Shown here one piece after another: positions 10,672-20,650 of a stretch of DNA of 64,000 nucleotides. The notes below the pieces were generated by a model, which ran no database searches, had not been told where the DNA came from, and saw only the letters and a program-made list of their open reading frames with translations. A program made the position numbers and the translations under genes. Position 1 is the first letter of the stretch. Each line of letters opens with the position of its first letter. This stretch comes from Longimicrobiales bacterium. Its GTDB lineage: Bacteria > Gemmatimonadota > Gemmatimonadetes > Longimicrobiales > Gaopeijiaceae. The DNA lies in assembly GCA_965226375.1 (NCBI GenBank), contig CBDDCX010000006.1:64001-128000 (forward strand), read 5' to 3'.

Positions 10672-12318
10672 GTGGTGTCTCGGCCATTCGAGCGCCGAGA
10701 CAACCGACCCTTCACCGAGACACACTTGACCAGCATCGCCTTAACAGAAGCCCGACCCGACGTACTCAAAGCCCTGCGCTCCCTAGGTGGACGAGGCACG
10801 GTCGGCGACGTCGTATCCAATGCCGGACTCCCTCGCGATCAGGTCGAGGATGCGCTCAAAGGCCTCTTGGAAACCCACCAGGGTCACATGGAAGTCTCGG
10901 ACTCGGGAGAGCTCGTCTATCTGTTCGACCGGAAGCTGATCCGGCGAGACCAGGTGTCGACGCTCGAGCGCATGAAGAAGGCGACCAGGACCTTCCTTAC
11001 CGGTGCCTTCAAGGCGTGGATCGTCACCATGCTGGTCGTTTACTTTGTGGTGTTCGTGGCCCTCGTGGTCGCAGCGCTCGTGGCGATGGCGTCGCGAGGC
11101 GGCGACCGGAGAAGCGGTGGGGGAAGTTGGGGGCGGAGCGGCGGTAGCCATGGCGGTCACTTGCATATCCCGAGCTTTTGGCTCTGGTACTATATCTGGA
11201 CTCCGCGGTGGCGGTTGGGACGTCCGTACTACGGCCGCCGCTGGGAAAGGACGCTCGAGAAGGACAATCGTGCTCCGTTCTACAAGAAGGTCTTCGCATT
11301 CGTGTTCGGGCCGGATCGGCCCAGACCGACGCAGAAGCAGCTCGACCGTTCGACGATACGGCTGATCCGCGCACGGAAGGGTGTGCTCACCACGGCGGAG
11401 CTCATGGAGCACAACGCTCTGCCCCGCCCTGAGGCCGAGGAAGAAATCGGTCGCTTGTTGGGATCGTACGCGGGGGAGCCCACCGTTTCACCCGACGGGG
11501 AGCTGGTCTACGCGTTCCCGGAGCTCATGGTGAGTGCACATGGGCCGGTGACCGCAAAGGAGCCCAACCCGGCTTGGCTCCGGTTGGAGTACCCCCTAGA
11601 GCTGACGGGCAATGAGAAGAAGCACGATGCGGTCATCGTAGGGATGAACGGCTTCACCCTGTTGGCCGGGGCCACGGCACCCTGGTTCATCTTTCCGCAA
11701 CTCGGTATCTCGGGAACCGCCGCCTTCGTCGGTCTCGTCTTGGTGCCGGTGGTGTTCAGCGTGCTCTTCTTCGGAGGACCTCTGCTGCGCATGATGGGCG
11801 TGCGCCGTGAGAACAAGGCTCGCAAGGTGCGCAACGTCCGGCGCCTGGTGTTGGGGCTGGTCTACCGCGAGGCTCTGGCCGGGCGAGGGGCGGTGACGGT
11901 GGAGGCAGCCGCCGGCTACGTTCGGGGCCGGATCAAGGACCGGCCGGTCGATCAGTCCGAAGTCGAGACCGCCCTTCACAATCTGGCGGCCGAGTTCAAC
12001 TCCGACGTGACGTCCGGCTCGGACGGGGGGCTGGTGTTCACGTTTCCGGCGATCCGGCGCGAGTTCGTGGCCAGTGAGACCGTCCGCCGGAAGCTCACCC
12101 TCGAGGACCGTAAGCTGGGTGACATCGTGTATTCCAGCGCCGACTCCTCGACGGAGGCCTCCGAGCGAGACCTGGCCGAGTTCGATAGGAAGCTCGCGGC
12201 CGCTGAGATGGATCTGAGCGGTTATCTGCCCTCGCCCGACCGGGTGGGTTTCGAGGACGACTACGAGATCGTGGCGTTCGATGAAGAATTGCGGAGCCGT
12301 AGCGTCAGACGAGGCTAG
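10672..12318 (+). CDS. Hypothetical membrane protein with repeated wHTH-like segments
   Basis: 548-aa ORF with TM segments and three similar motifs (GELVYLF, GELVYAFP, GGLVFTFP). Confidence 0.65.
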   Translation: MVSRPFERRDNRPFTETHLTSIALTEARPDVLKALRSLGGRGTVGDVVSNAGLPRDQVEDALKGLLETHQGHMEVSDSGELVYLFDRKLIRRDQVSTLERMKKATRTFLTGAFKAWIVTMLVVYFVVFVALVVAALVAMASRGGDRRSGGGSWGRSGGSHGGHLHIPSFWLWYYIWTPRWRLGRPYYGRRWERTLEKDNRAPFYKKVFAFVFGPDRPRPTQKQLDRSTIRLIRARKGVLTTAELMEHNALPRPEAEEEIGRLLGSYAGEPTVSPDGELVYAFPELMVSAHGPVTAKEPNPAWLRLEYPLELTGNEKKHDAVIVGMNGFTLLAGATAPWFIFPQLGISGTAAFVGLVLVPVVFSVLFFGGPLLRMMGVRRENKARKVRNVRRLVLGLVYREALAGRGAVTVEAAAGYVRGRIKDRPVDQSEVETALHNLAAEFNSDVTSGSDGGLVFTFPAIRREFVASETVRRKLTLEDRKLGDIVYSSADSSTEASERDLAEFDRKLAAAEMDLSGYLPSPDRVGFEDDYEIVAFDEELRSRSVRRG

Positions 12319-12335
12319 GGCCCTCGAACGGTCGA

Positions 12336-12407
12336 GAGGATGTTGATCTCTTGGGTGCTTCAGTGGGTCAGGAGGATGTTGATCTCTTGGGTGCTTCAGT
12401 GGGTCAG
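12336..12407. repeat. Perfect 36-bp tandem duplication
   Basis: GAGGATGTTGATCTCTTGGGTGCTTCAGTGGGTCAG at 12336-12371 and 12372-12407. Confidence 0.95.
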
Positions 12408-13235
12408 AGCGTATAGCACGATGTTGATGCCCAGGGCGTACGACTGGGGGGAGAACTGGAAGAAGAACTGTTCGTCCTCCCCCTCCCGCTCCCAGCCGTC
12501 CGCAATGTCCGTGTTGTGCGTCATGACCACGATGAGCCGACCCTTCTTGTCCCGGATACCCCGTAGGTGCGCCTCGGCGCTGTCGGGGCCGCGCTCCGAG
12601 GTGCTCGAACGTCCACTGCGGCGCCAGAACTGGATGGACGGGATCTGAGGCACTGCGTGGACGGCGTACAGGGCGCTGAGCAGGAGATGACCGGCGGGAA
12701 TATCGCTGATCGGATACTCGGCGGGTGGTAGCGCCTTCCCGATCTCCCGCGTCCAGGTCTCCCAGGCCCAGCTACCCCAGAAGTCGTCGGCCCACAAGAA
12801 ACCGCCCTGCTCGAGGTATTGACGCAGACGCTCGGCCTCTTCCGGGTCGATGCCGATGGTCCCCACATCGGACATGAAGATGAACGGACACTCGAACAAC
12901 TCTTCGTCCATGATCTGGACAATGCGGTGATCGGGCTCGCCGTGTTGCGTCTTTCGTATGGGCGTCTTGGTAAGTTGCGAGAGACGCAACATGAGGTTGC
13001 GATCCCCGTCGGGATAATCGGTCCTCCAGCCCTGCCCCAAGGGCTCTCGGCGTACCTGGCGATAGGCGACCCGACAGAACGTGAACGGGCGCTGGTCCAG
13101 GTAGATGGGCACTTGGCCGGCGGCTCCGACGGCAGCTCGGGCCGACCATGTCGGTGGTGCGGGTGGCGATCCGGAAGAGGCCGGTCTGAGCCTCGCGAAA
13201 AGCTCGGACGTACCCCACCATTCCGACAATCGCAA
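12396..13235 (-). CDS. DUF4159 domain protein (5' end uncertain)
   Basis: GWRTDYPDGDRNL, LFECPFIFMSDVG, GGFLWADDFWG, NTDIADGWE, GINIVLYALTH. Confidence 0.8.
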   Translation of the reverse strand: MRLSEWWGTSELFARLRPASSGSPPAPPTWSARAAVGAAGQVPIYLDQRPFTFCRVAYRQVRREPLGQGWRTDYPDGDRNLMLRLSQLTKTPIRKTQHGEPDHRIVQIMDEELFECPFIFMSDVGTIGIDPEEAERLRQYLEQGGFLWADDFWGSWAWETWTREIGKALPPAEYPISDIPAGHLLLSALYAVHAVPQIPSIQFWRRSGRSSTSERGPDSAEAHLRGIRDKKGRLIVVMTHNTDIADGWEREGEDEQFFFQFSPQSYALGINIVLYALTH

Positions 13236-13384
13236 CGAGGCAGAGTAGGCCTTTCATTCGGCGAACGTGCCCTCGCGCTCACCGCACTGTCAAACGCTGC
13301 CGAGGCGGGGACCACCTTGAACGGCACCGCAGACTCGGACAAATTCGTACCAAGTTACGTACGTACCTTTATCTCGAGACTCCC

Positions 13385-13639
13385 ATGCGTGTGCAGAGAG
13401 TTCAAACCGGCGTTCGGTTGGAGAAACGACTGCTCAAAGTCCTCAAGAGCCTGGCCGCGTACCTGGATATGTCCCTCGGCGATCTCCTGGAGGGGATCGT
13501 ACTGCACTCTTTCGAGGGGAAAACTGTTTTCGGTGATTCGACCCTCGAAAAGATCGAGCAACTCAAAGCCGTCTATGAGATGGACTATGGCTCCGAGGCC
13601 AGCCATAAGATGGTGGAGGACGGCGAGGAGAGCCCGTAG
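13385..13639 (+). CDS. Small conserved hypothetical protein, possibly ribbon-helix-helix
   Basis: RVQTGVRLEKRLLKVLKSLAAYLDMSLGDLLEGIVLH shows a beta-helix-helix pattern. Confidence 0.65.
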   Translation: MRVQRVQTGVRLEKRLLKVLKSLAAYLDMSLGDLLEGIVLHSFEGKTVFGDSTLEKIEQLKAVYEMDYGSEASHKMVEDGEESP

Positions 13640-13832
13640 GGGACGGCACTCGTCCTTCCTTGCGGAGGACGGACGTGCTACGCAGGGTTAACATTCGCCT
13701 GAGAACAGGGCGCGACTGCTCGCCCGCCCATCGGATCCAGACATCTCCGAGCGACGCGGGTGTCATTTCGGCCTGAAGACTGCCACCAGGTAATCTTCGC
13801 GGAAGACCTGGTTCAAAGAGGAGGTACCACCC

Positions 13833-14351
13833 ATGGTCCGAACAGCCATGTTCCTGCTCGCGGCGCTAGCGCTTCCTGCATCCATCGCGGCTCAGGATGC
13901 GATTCGTAGTGCTACCTCCGCGGGCCCCGCATCGATATCCGCCGAGGCCGCGGTTCTGGATTGGTCCTTCAACGAGCTGCGCGCGGGCAGCAACGGTTGG
14001 ACCTGCCTGCCCGACAACGCCGACACGCCCGGCACCGATCCTTGGTGCATCACCGACGCCTGGGTGAACTTCCTCAATGCCTACGTCGGAAAGACGGAAC
14101 CTACCTACGAGGAGATCGGCTTCGCGTATATGCTCATGGGCGATACACCTGTGAGCAATTCGGATCCCTACGCCACTGAAGCCACGGGCCCCGAGGACTG
14201 GGTTACGGACCTCGGCGGCCACCTGATGATGCTCATCCCCGACCTCGACATGCTCGAGGGCATCTCGACCGATCATCTGAATGGTGGACCCTGGATCATG
14301 TGGCCGGATACGCCCTACGCGCACATCATGATCCCGATCGAGGCCAGATAG
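13833..14351 (+). CDS. Secreted hypothetical protein
   Basis: GAGGAGG RBS, signal peptide, GWTCLP..PWC, PWIMWPDTPYAHIMIP. Confidence 0.75.
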   Translation: MVRTAMFLLAALALPASIAAQDAIRSATSAGPASISAEAAVLDWSFNELRAGSNGWTCLPDNADTPGTDPWCITDAWVNFLNAYVGKTEPTYEEIGFAYMLMGDTPVSNSDPYATEATGPEDWVTDLGGHLMMLIPDLDMLEGISTDHLNGGPWIMWPDTPYAHIMIPIEAR

Positions 14352-14390
14352 TAGACGCCAGGTAGTAGTAGGCAGAGACCCTAGAGGGCC

Positions 14391-14429
14391 AAGAGGGCCC
14401 TGACCTGCTCATCCGGTCAGGGCCCTCTT
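14391..14429. terminator. Hairpin between convergent genes
   Basis: AAGAGGGCCCTGACC-loop-GGTCAGGGCCCTCTT, a 15-bp perfect stem. Confidence 0.7.
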
Positions 14430-14463
14430 CATGTGGCAACCCAGGACGTGTCGAGAGGGCCGG

Positions 14464-16797
14464 TTAATCTCCCCCCACCGCAGTCTGCAACTGCACCAAC
14501 CTGGGCTGGATCTTCTCCATATCGTGTCTACAGACCCCGGCCTTGGTCAGGAGCTTGACCTCACAGATGTTGCAGCGGACGCACTCCTTGAAGTCCACAT
14601 CCGGGCCCGAGATGGCCCCGGTGGGACAGCTCTGCTCACAAACCTTACAGACGTCGCACTGCTTGACCCGCGGAATGCGGAAGAAGGACACGAACGAGGC
14701 GACACCCAGGGCCGCACCCAATGGGCATGCATAGCGGCAGTAGAACCGCGGGATGACGGCCGAGGCCAGCAGCACGCTACCTGCGATAGTCCACATCAGA
14801 ACGTTGGAGCTCATGAAGAACACCGTTCCGAACGGCTCGAAGTACCCGTAGATGGACAGATCGCTGTTGATAAACGCCGTGACCAGGATGAGCGCGAGGA
14901 TCCCGTACTTGATGTAGATGGCCCGGTCGTGGACCTGAGTGGGCACTTTGCGTTGGAAACGCTTCGGGACGACCTGTTCGATGAAATCCTGCAAAGCCCC
15001 GAAGGGGCATAAGAATCCGCAGAACACACGGCCCCACAATACGGTCGTCACCACCGTGAAGATGATCATGACGAGCATGGCCAGATCCCCGAGGTAGACA
15101 CCCGGGCCACCGGCGATGCCGCTCGTGATGTGCGAGACCGAAAGAAATCCGCCGTCGACCCAACCCAGATAGACGAGAGTCCCGCCGAGAGCCACCCACC
15201 GAGCCGCCACACCCTTGAAGATGAACGCGTTCAGGGCGAGTCCCAAGATGATGAGAAGCCCCACGACCCGACTCCAGCGTGTCTGCGCCAGCATCACCGA
15301 GAAGGCAGACTCGTCCTCTTCTTCCGCGAAGTCGAAATCGAACCCCAGGCCGGCCTCGTCGGCGGGCGCAGCCGCATCTGCGGTGGCCGGTTGGGGCTGG
15401 GCATCGGACGCCCCGGCCGGCGGCGCGACGGCGGTGGCGGTCTCAACAGAGGCCGTGCCTTCACCGTTCGTGCCGTTGGTTCCAGTCGTCCCGTTCGTCC
15501 CGTTGGTGCCGCTCGTCCCGTTGGTGTCGTCTGTCCTGTTCGCGCCGTTCGTCCCGCTCGTGCCGGACGCGGCCTCCGATCCGGCGGCGGCCACAGTGCC
15601 TCCCGACGATGTCCCACCCTCGTCTGAAGCAGTGGCGGCGGCCTGAACCGGAGTCGAGCCACCCCGCGCGAACGCCAGGACATCGGGAGCGATGGTGTAT
15701 TCGATGGTGAAGGGATCGCCCTGATCGTCATCGTACTGAATGGTGAAGGGCTGGCTCAGGTCCACGGCAGGGTCGACCAGTAGCATCGCGGCGTAGAAGA
15801 CCTGCCCCGCCATCTTGCCCTCTTCGGGCCGTCCCCAGTAAACGACCTGATTCCGGGGAAGCGGATAGGAGTTTCCTCCCTGCAACACGGTGAGACCCCT
15901 GGGCCGGAATCCGGCTATGAAACTCCCGTCGAGGCCGAGGACCATCAGGTGGAAGTCCTCGTGGCGGGGACCCACTTTCTCGAGCATCGATGCGTATGAC
16001 TCCGCACCTACCAAAATGTCGCCGAGCCTCTCAGTGCCCACATAAGTGAACGAGAGATCGAGCCCGAGGGCGTTGTGGCGTATGACTTCCATCTTCGCGA
16101 TCAGACCACTCGAGACCAGCTCGAGCCAGCTAAGCCGCTCAATCGCCTCAGCGGTCAACCCTCCGCCGTTGGACGCGGCCATCACGGTAGGAGCGGGTCG
16201 GCGCAGATACGCCATCGCCACTCTGCGAGCGGAGTTACGGATACCCCGTGCCATGGCTCCGGCGGAGATGGTGGCCCCGCTGACGCCGTCGATGTCCCGA
16301 TAGATCCGGAACGCATCCGCGACATGCTTGCCCGCGTACTGCGACTCGACACCCGGGCCCCTGAGAAAGTCACCCCGCGAGGACACGAGCGCCTCATGGT
16401 AGTTGATCACTGTGGCCCCGGTGAGATTCCCGATCAGGTCCACACCCACCAGGACCTGGATGGTCCCGCTGTAGCCGAACTCCTCGGGGGGTAGGTCCGA
16501 GGTCAAGAACAGGTAGCCGACGAGTATTTGAGCGCCGTTCGGATCGTCGGCGAAAGCATGATAGACGGGCGGGCTGCCCATCTTCTCCGAGAAGCTCGTG
16601 GCCTCCGGCATGACCCCCTGCAACCTCGCATGATCGATCTTAAGCGGGATCTGTGCGGCGGCGCGCGCAGGTAGCACGAGGACTAACGCAACGAACGCGG
16701 CACCGCATAGGTGAGGCGCGAAGCGGCTCCTCGAGCCAGGCCTCCTCCTACCCTTCCCGGTCATGTTCCTCACCATCAGTCTCCCCTGGGCACTCAC
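14464..16797 (-). CDS. NosR/NirI-like FMN-binding plus 4Fe-4S membrane electron-transfer protein
   Basis: FGYSGTIQVLVG, flavinylation motif DGVSGAT, CGFLCPFG, CRYACPLG, CDVCKVCEQSCP, CVRCNIC; start uncertain. Confidence 0.8.
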   Translation of the reverse strand: MSAQGRLMVRNMTGKGRRRPGSRSRFAPHLCGAAFVALVLVLPARAAAQIPLKIDHARLQGVMPEATSFSEKMGSPPVYHAFADDPNGAQILVGYLFLTSDLPPEEFGYSGTIQVLVGVDLIGNLTGATVINYHEALVSSRGDFLRGPGVESQYAGKHVADAFRIYRDIDGVSGATISAGAMARGIRNSARRVAMAYLRRPAPTVMAASNGGGLTAEAIERLSWLELVSSGLIAKMEVIRHNALGLDLSFTYVGTERLGDILVGAESYASMLEKVGPRHEDFHLMVLGLDGSFIAGFRPRGLTVLQGGNSYPLPRNQVVYWGRPEEGKMAGQVFYAAMLLVDPAVDLSQPFTIQYDDDQGDPFTIEYTIAPDVLAFARGGSTPVQAAATASDEGGTSSGGTVAAAGSEAASGTSGTNGANRTDDTNGTSGTNGTNGTTGTNGTNGEGTASVETATAVAPPAGASDAQPQPATADAAAPADEAGLGFDFDFAEEEDESAFSVMLAQTRWSRVVGLLIILGLALNAFIFKGVAARWVALGGTLVYLGWVDGGFLSVSHITSGIAGGPGVYLGDLAMLVMIIFTVVTTVLWGRVFCGFLCPFGALQDFIEQVVPKRFQRKVPTQVHDRAIYIKYGILALILVTAFINSDLSIYGYFEPFGTVFFMSSNVLMWTIAGSVLLASAVIPRFYCRYACPLGAALGVASFVSFFRIPRVKQCDVCKVCEQSCPTGAISGPDVDFKECVRCNICEVKLLTKAGVCRHDMEKIQPRLVQLQTAVGGD

Positions 16798-16866
16798 TCC
16801 CCGTCAAACGCGGGCTCATTGAGCTTTGGCACCTCATTAAGGTATGTCAAGCTTAAGCTCAGCACG

Positions 16867-18525
16867 CTACCACAGCTTCTCGATCTCGTCTTCCAGGCCG
16901 GTCATCTCCCAGCGGATCAGCGACACCGGGATCATGCCGGCGGCGTGGAACTCGTCGATGAAACGTCCCAGGCTGAATTCGTCACCGAGCTGCTGCGCTC
17001 GGTCGGCGAGCAGCTTGTCGATAGCCACCTTACCGATGACGTAGCTCGTGCCGTACGTCGGCTGCTCCAAATATAGTTGTTGCTCCCCCCAGACCGTGTT
17101 GCTCTCGGGCGGCATCCAATTCCGCGGAGTCCACTTCGACGCGTACTCCACCGCTTCCTGGATGGTGTACTCGTTGCTGTGCATCTTCAGACCGCCCATG
17201 GCACGGGCGGCTCTCTGGGCCAACAGGATGTAGACGAGCTCCTGAGCTCTCGGTACGTCGTCCAGGTATCCCGCACCCATGACCAACTCTTCCATGCCGG
17301 TCGCATATCCTTCGGCCCGGGCAGACCAGATGTTGTAGAGGAGGGGGACCCTGCGAATGGGACTCGTGTGCGCCTCGGCGTCCATGCGCGCCAGGTCGAA
17401 CCAGTGGGTGCCATGCGCCCGCATGGGCAGCATGTTGCGGTAGCTGACTTCGCTGAAGAACCCGATATCACCCACCGGAGGAGAAAAGCGCCCCTCGCGA
17501 GCCATGAGCGCGGGCTCCGCGTATTCGGGAACGGAAAAGAAATCTTCCCGATCGAGGAAGGCGACGAACTCGCGGACCGCCGCACGATACTGGCGTTGGT
17601 ACTGGCCCTCGGAGGCGATCAGGGGGAGTGCCGGCCGGTCGCGGTTCTTGTTTTCGAGAAGCTTCAGGTAGGCCCAGGACCGCCCCAACTCCCGCTCGAC
17701 GATCGCGAGCTGGTCGGCCCATGTATAGGGCAGGAGCGAGACGTTCTTCAGGTACCAGTCGTACTCTTCCACCCCGACCCCCGAGGGAGCCGCCATGGAC
17801 CCCTGCCGTCCCTCGATCCACGTGATGTACTCGTCGACAGCCGCCTGAGCTCGCCCCGCGTCGGCCGAGAGCTGTGGATAATCATCGACCACACGTTCCG
17901 CCAAACCTCCCAGGGTGCGGCTCACCCCCCCCATCGCCCGCATGCTGAGGAACCACAGGTCCGCGGCATCCACGACCAAGTTGGCCTTTGCCTGTTCGAG
18001 GATGGCCGGCATGACACTCACACCCTCCTGGAGCTCGGCCGCGCTGCGCTCGGAGAGCGGGAACTGATACGTCCAGAGCTCGATGGTACCGTACATGACC
18101 TCGCCCTCCCGGGCGGGGACATCGGACTGGGAGCCGTGGATGAGCATGTAGAAGGCGGGATTTCGAGCCCAGGGGCGGAGAACCCTGTGGTCGAACTCGA
18201 GGCCGTTCATCTCGGCGCGGACGATGTGATAGTCCACCTGCTGGGATACCGGCCACCCTTCAGGATCTATCGCGGCAAGCCGCGCCTGATACCCGTCGAG
18301 CTCCCGCTCCTGCAGCGTCATTGCCGCAGCGGTGTAATCGGGCACTCCTTCGGTCAGGGCGGGTGCCTGGAACGCGCGCCATTCCTCGTGAAGTGTGAGG
18401 AGGTCCTCGTACCTGGTACTCCCGGCTACGTCTTCTCCTTCCGGGCCCGACGCCCCCTGGCACGAGAGGAGAAACAAAAGGGATGCGATAACGGTTATGT
18501 GGCCCCGTACGGTACGCGTTGGCAT
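16867..18525 (-). CDS. DUF885 family lipoprotein
   Basis: Lipobox LLSC, RAEGYATGME, YLEQPTYGTSYVIGK, GMIPVSLIRWE. Confidence 0.75.
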   Translation of the reverse strand: MPTRTVRGHITVIASLLFLLSCQGASGPEGEDVAGSTRYEDLLTLHEEWRAFQAPALTEGVPDYTAAAMTLQERELDGYQARLAAIDPEGWPVSQQVDYHIVRAEMNGLEFDHRVLRPWARNPAFYMLIHGSQSDVPAREGEVMYGTIELWTYQFPLSERSAAELQEGVSVMPAILEQAKANLVVDAADLWFLSMRAMGGVSRTLGGLAERVVDDYPQLSADAGRAQAAVDEYITWIEGRQGSMAAPSGVGVEEYDWYLKNVSLLPYTWADQLAIVERELGRSWAYLKLLENKNRDRPALPLIASEGQYQRQYRAAVREFVAFLDREDFFSVPEYAEPALMAREGRFSPPVGDIGFFSEVSYRNMLPMRAHGTHWFDLARMDAEAHTSPIRRVPLLYNIWSARAEGYATGMEELVMGAGYLDDVPRAQELVYILLAQRAARAMGGLKMHSNEYTIQEAVEYASKWTPRNWMPPESNTVWGEQQLYLEQPTYGTSYVIGKVAIDKLLADRAQQLGDEFSLGRFIDEFHAAGMIPVSLIRWEMTGLEDEIEKLW

Positions 18526-18670
18526 GCCAACCTCCTTGAAGGCGAGCTGGCGGGGCCCCCCTCGGATGGGAAAAGCGGTGTGCGATTGTACTTCGACCAC
18601 GCCCGCTCCACCAGCACGGCCCAGGCCATGCGGATTGAGTCGGGCAAGCCCGCCCGGTAGATTGCCAGCC

Positions 18671-19456
18671 ATGAGCCCTCCGGACGATTCACCCCGCCTC
18701 TACGGTGACCGAGAGGTCGGCCTGATTCTGAAGCGTGCCACGGAGCTTCAGGATACAGCCCCGGAACCCTCCGGAACCGGCCTTTCCCTCGCGGATCTGG
18801 AAGAGATCGCCCTCGAAGCCGGGATCGATCCCGCACATCTTCGGCGCGCCGCTGCCGAGGTGGAGGCAGGGGCTCCAGCCTCCGGGCTCGCGACGGCGTT
18901 CCTCGGTACATCTCCCACCATCTCCATCGAGCGGGTGATCCAAGGGGAGATTGCCGAAGACGTGTTCGAGATCCTCGTCCCCGAGATTCAGCGCGTGGAC
19001 ACGGGTGGTCAAGGTGTACCCAGCCTGTTCGGCCGGACACTGACCTGGCGCTCGAACACGCCCTCGAATACGCGATCCCTCCAACTCACCGTGTCATCCC
19101 GCGACGGCGAGACGCAGATCCGCATCGAGGAGCAACTTCACGGATTCGCGGGCGGCCTCTTCGGTGGGCTCGTGGGAGGTGGCGGGGCCGGGATCGGGAT
19201 CGGCGTGGGTGTCGGAGTGGGCGTCGACGTACTCGGCTCGGTCCTCTTCAGTGTGGCCTTCCCCTTGGGGGTGATAGGGGGATGTTACCTGCTCGCACGA
19301 TCCATCTTCGGTGCCACGGTAAGCCGTAGGCAGCGTACGCTTCACGGCCTGATGGAACGGCTCACCGAGATCGTGCAGAAGGAAATCTCGCAGAAGGTGG
19401 TTGAAGGGGACGAGACCCCCGCGGCGCTTCCACCTGGAGAAGCGCCAGGACACTAG
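18671..19456 (+). CDS. Hypothetical membrane protein
   Basis: YGDREVGLILKRATELQ..LSLADLEEIALEAGIDP plus two C-terminal TM helices. Confidence 0.7.
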   Translation: MSPPDDSPRLYGDREVGLILKRATELQDTAPEPSGTGLSLADLEEIALEAGIDPAHLRRAAAEVEAGAPASGLATAFLGTSPTISIERVIQGEIAEDVFEILVPEIQRVDTGGQGVPSLFGRTLTWRSNTPSNTRSLQLTVSSRDGETQIRIEEQLHGFAGGLFGGLVGGGGAGIGIGVGVGVGVDVLGSVLFSVAFPLGVIGGCYLLARSIFGATVSRRQRTLHGLMERLTEIVQKEISQKVVEGDETPAALPPGEAPGH

Positions 19457-20397
19457 TCCCTTCGGCTCGGCGCCGCCGGCAGCGCATCGACGAACTCCTC
19501 CATGCGACGGCGGAAGGCCGCGTCGGGCAGCCGGCCCTGGGCCGCTCCGATGTTGTCCACGGCGTGATGGGCCTTGGTCGTACCCGGAATCACCGCCGTC
19601 ACGGACGGGTGCGACACCACGTACGTGAGGAAGAACTGGCCCCAGCTCTCGCAGTCGATCTCCGATGCCCACGCGGGGAGCTCACGGTCACCCACACGCG
19701 AGAACAGGCGCCCGCGCCCGAACGGAAGGTTAACGAGCACACCCATTCCGCGGTCGGTCGCCAACGGGAGGATGCGCTCCGCCGCATCGCGCGCGTCGGC
19801 AGCGTAGTTGATCTGGATAAAGTCCAGATCCTCCGCCGTCATGATCCGCTCCATCTGGTCGAATTGGCGCGTGCTCGAGGTGGTGATGCCGAGATACTTG
19901 ATGCGACCCTCCTGCTTCCACTCACGGAGGGTGGGTAGCTGGGCCTCCCATCCGCGCAAGTTGTGGACCTGGACGAGCTGGAAGTGATCGGTATGCATGC
20001 GCTCCAGGGAGCCTTGCATGCGGGCGATGCCGGACTCACGATCCTCCCGGTCCACCTTGGTCGCCAACCACAGGTCGTCACGAATCCCCAGATCGGCCAG
20101 CAGGTCGCCTACGATGGCCTCGGAGGCCCCGTAGTTGGGTGAGGTATCCAGAACTCGACCGCCGAGATCGTGGAACGTCTGGAGGGTCCTTCGGAACTCG
20201 GCGGTGTCGGGTGCCCAGCCTTCACCAACCCGGTAGTTACGAGCACCGAGTCCAACAACAGGCACCCGCTCGCCCGACGAGGGAATCTGCTTGGTGATCA
20301 ACTCGGCGACCTGGGCCCTCAGCGGACTCCGACCGAGAAGCATCGATGCTCCTGCGCCCGCACCGATCTTGATGGCTTCACGACGTGTGAACTTCAT
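19453..20397 (-). CDS. Tat-exported aldo/keto reductase
   Basis: TRREAIK Tat motif; DTSPNYG, LATKV, QVHNL, IPGT. Confidence 0.88.
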   Translation of the reverse strand: MKFTRREAIKIGAGAGASMLLGRSPLRAQVAELITKQIPSSGERVPVVGLGARNYRVGEGWAPDTAEFRRTLQTFHDLGGRVLDTSPNYGASEAIVGDLLADLGIRDDLWLATKVDREDRESGIARMQGSLERMHTDHFQLVQVHNLRGWEAQLPTLREWKQEGRIKYLGITTSSTRQFDQMERIMTAEDLDFIQINYAADARDAAERILPLATDRGMGVLVNLPFGRGRLFSRVGDRELPAWASEIDCESWGQFFLTYVVSHPSVTAVIPGTTKAHHAVDNIGAAQGRLPDAAFRRRMEEFVDALPAAPSRRD

Positions 20398-20650
20398 CTC
20401 TGGCGACTCCACCTGTTGTTGCGAACGTTGGCCTGAGGGCCCGGGCGGGAAGAGCATGCGGCCAATGGGACTCCTCGCCCAGTCGATCTCCGGTCATCCA
20501 AGACACACCCGGCCCATCTACTCTGCTGGTCCCACAAGGGGGGCGCAAGCCACCGGCCGGGGTTTGCACCGGCCCCCGTTGCCGCCGGGAATCCGTCGGC
20601 GTATCGTCGACGGTCCACACCTCTTCATCCCCTGACATTTCGGAGCGCTC

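Noticed and set aside
12336..12407. 36-bp repeat as a CRISPR array
   Set aside because: Two adjacent copies, no spacer, no cas genes.
17077..18660. Long antisense ORFs (also 6357..7781, 20378..21628, 46909..48054)
   Set aside because: High-GC shadow frames of well-supported genes, with no motifs.
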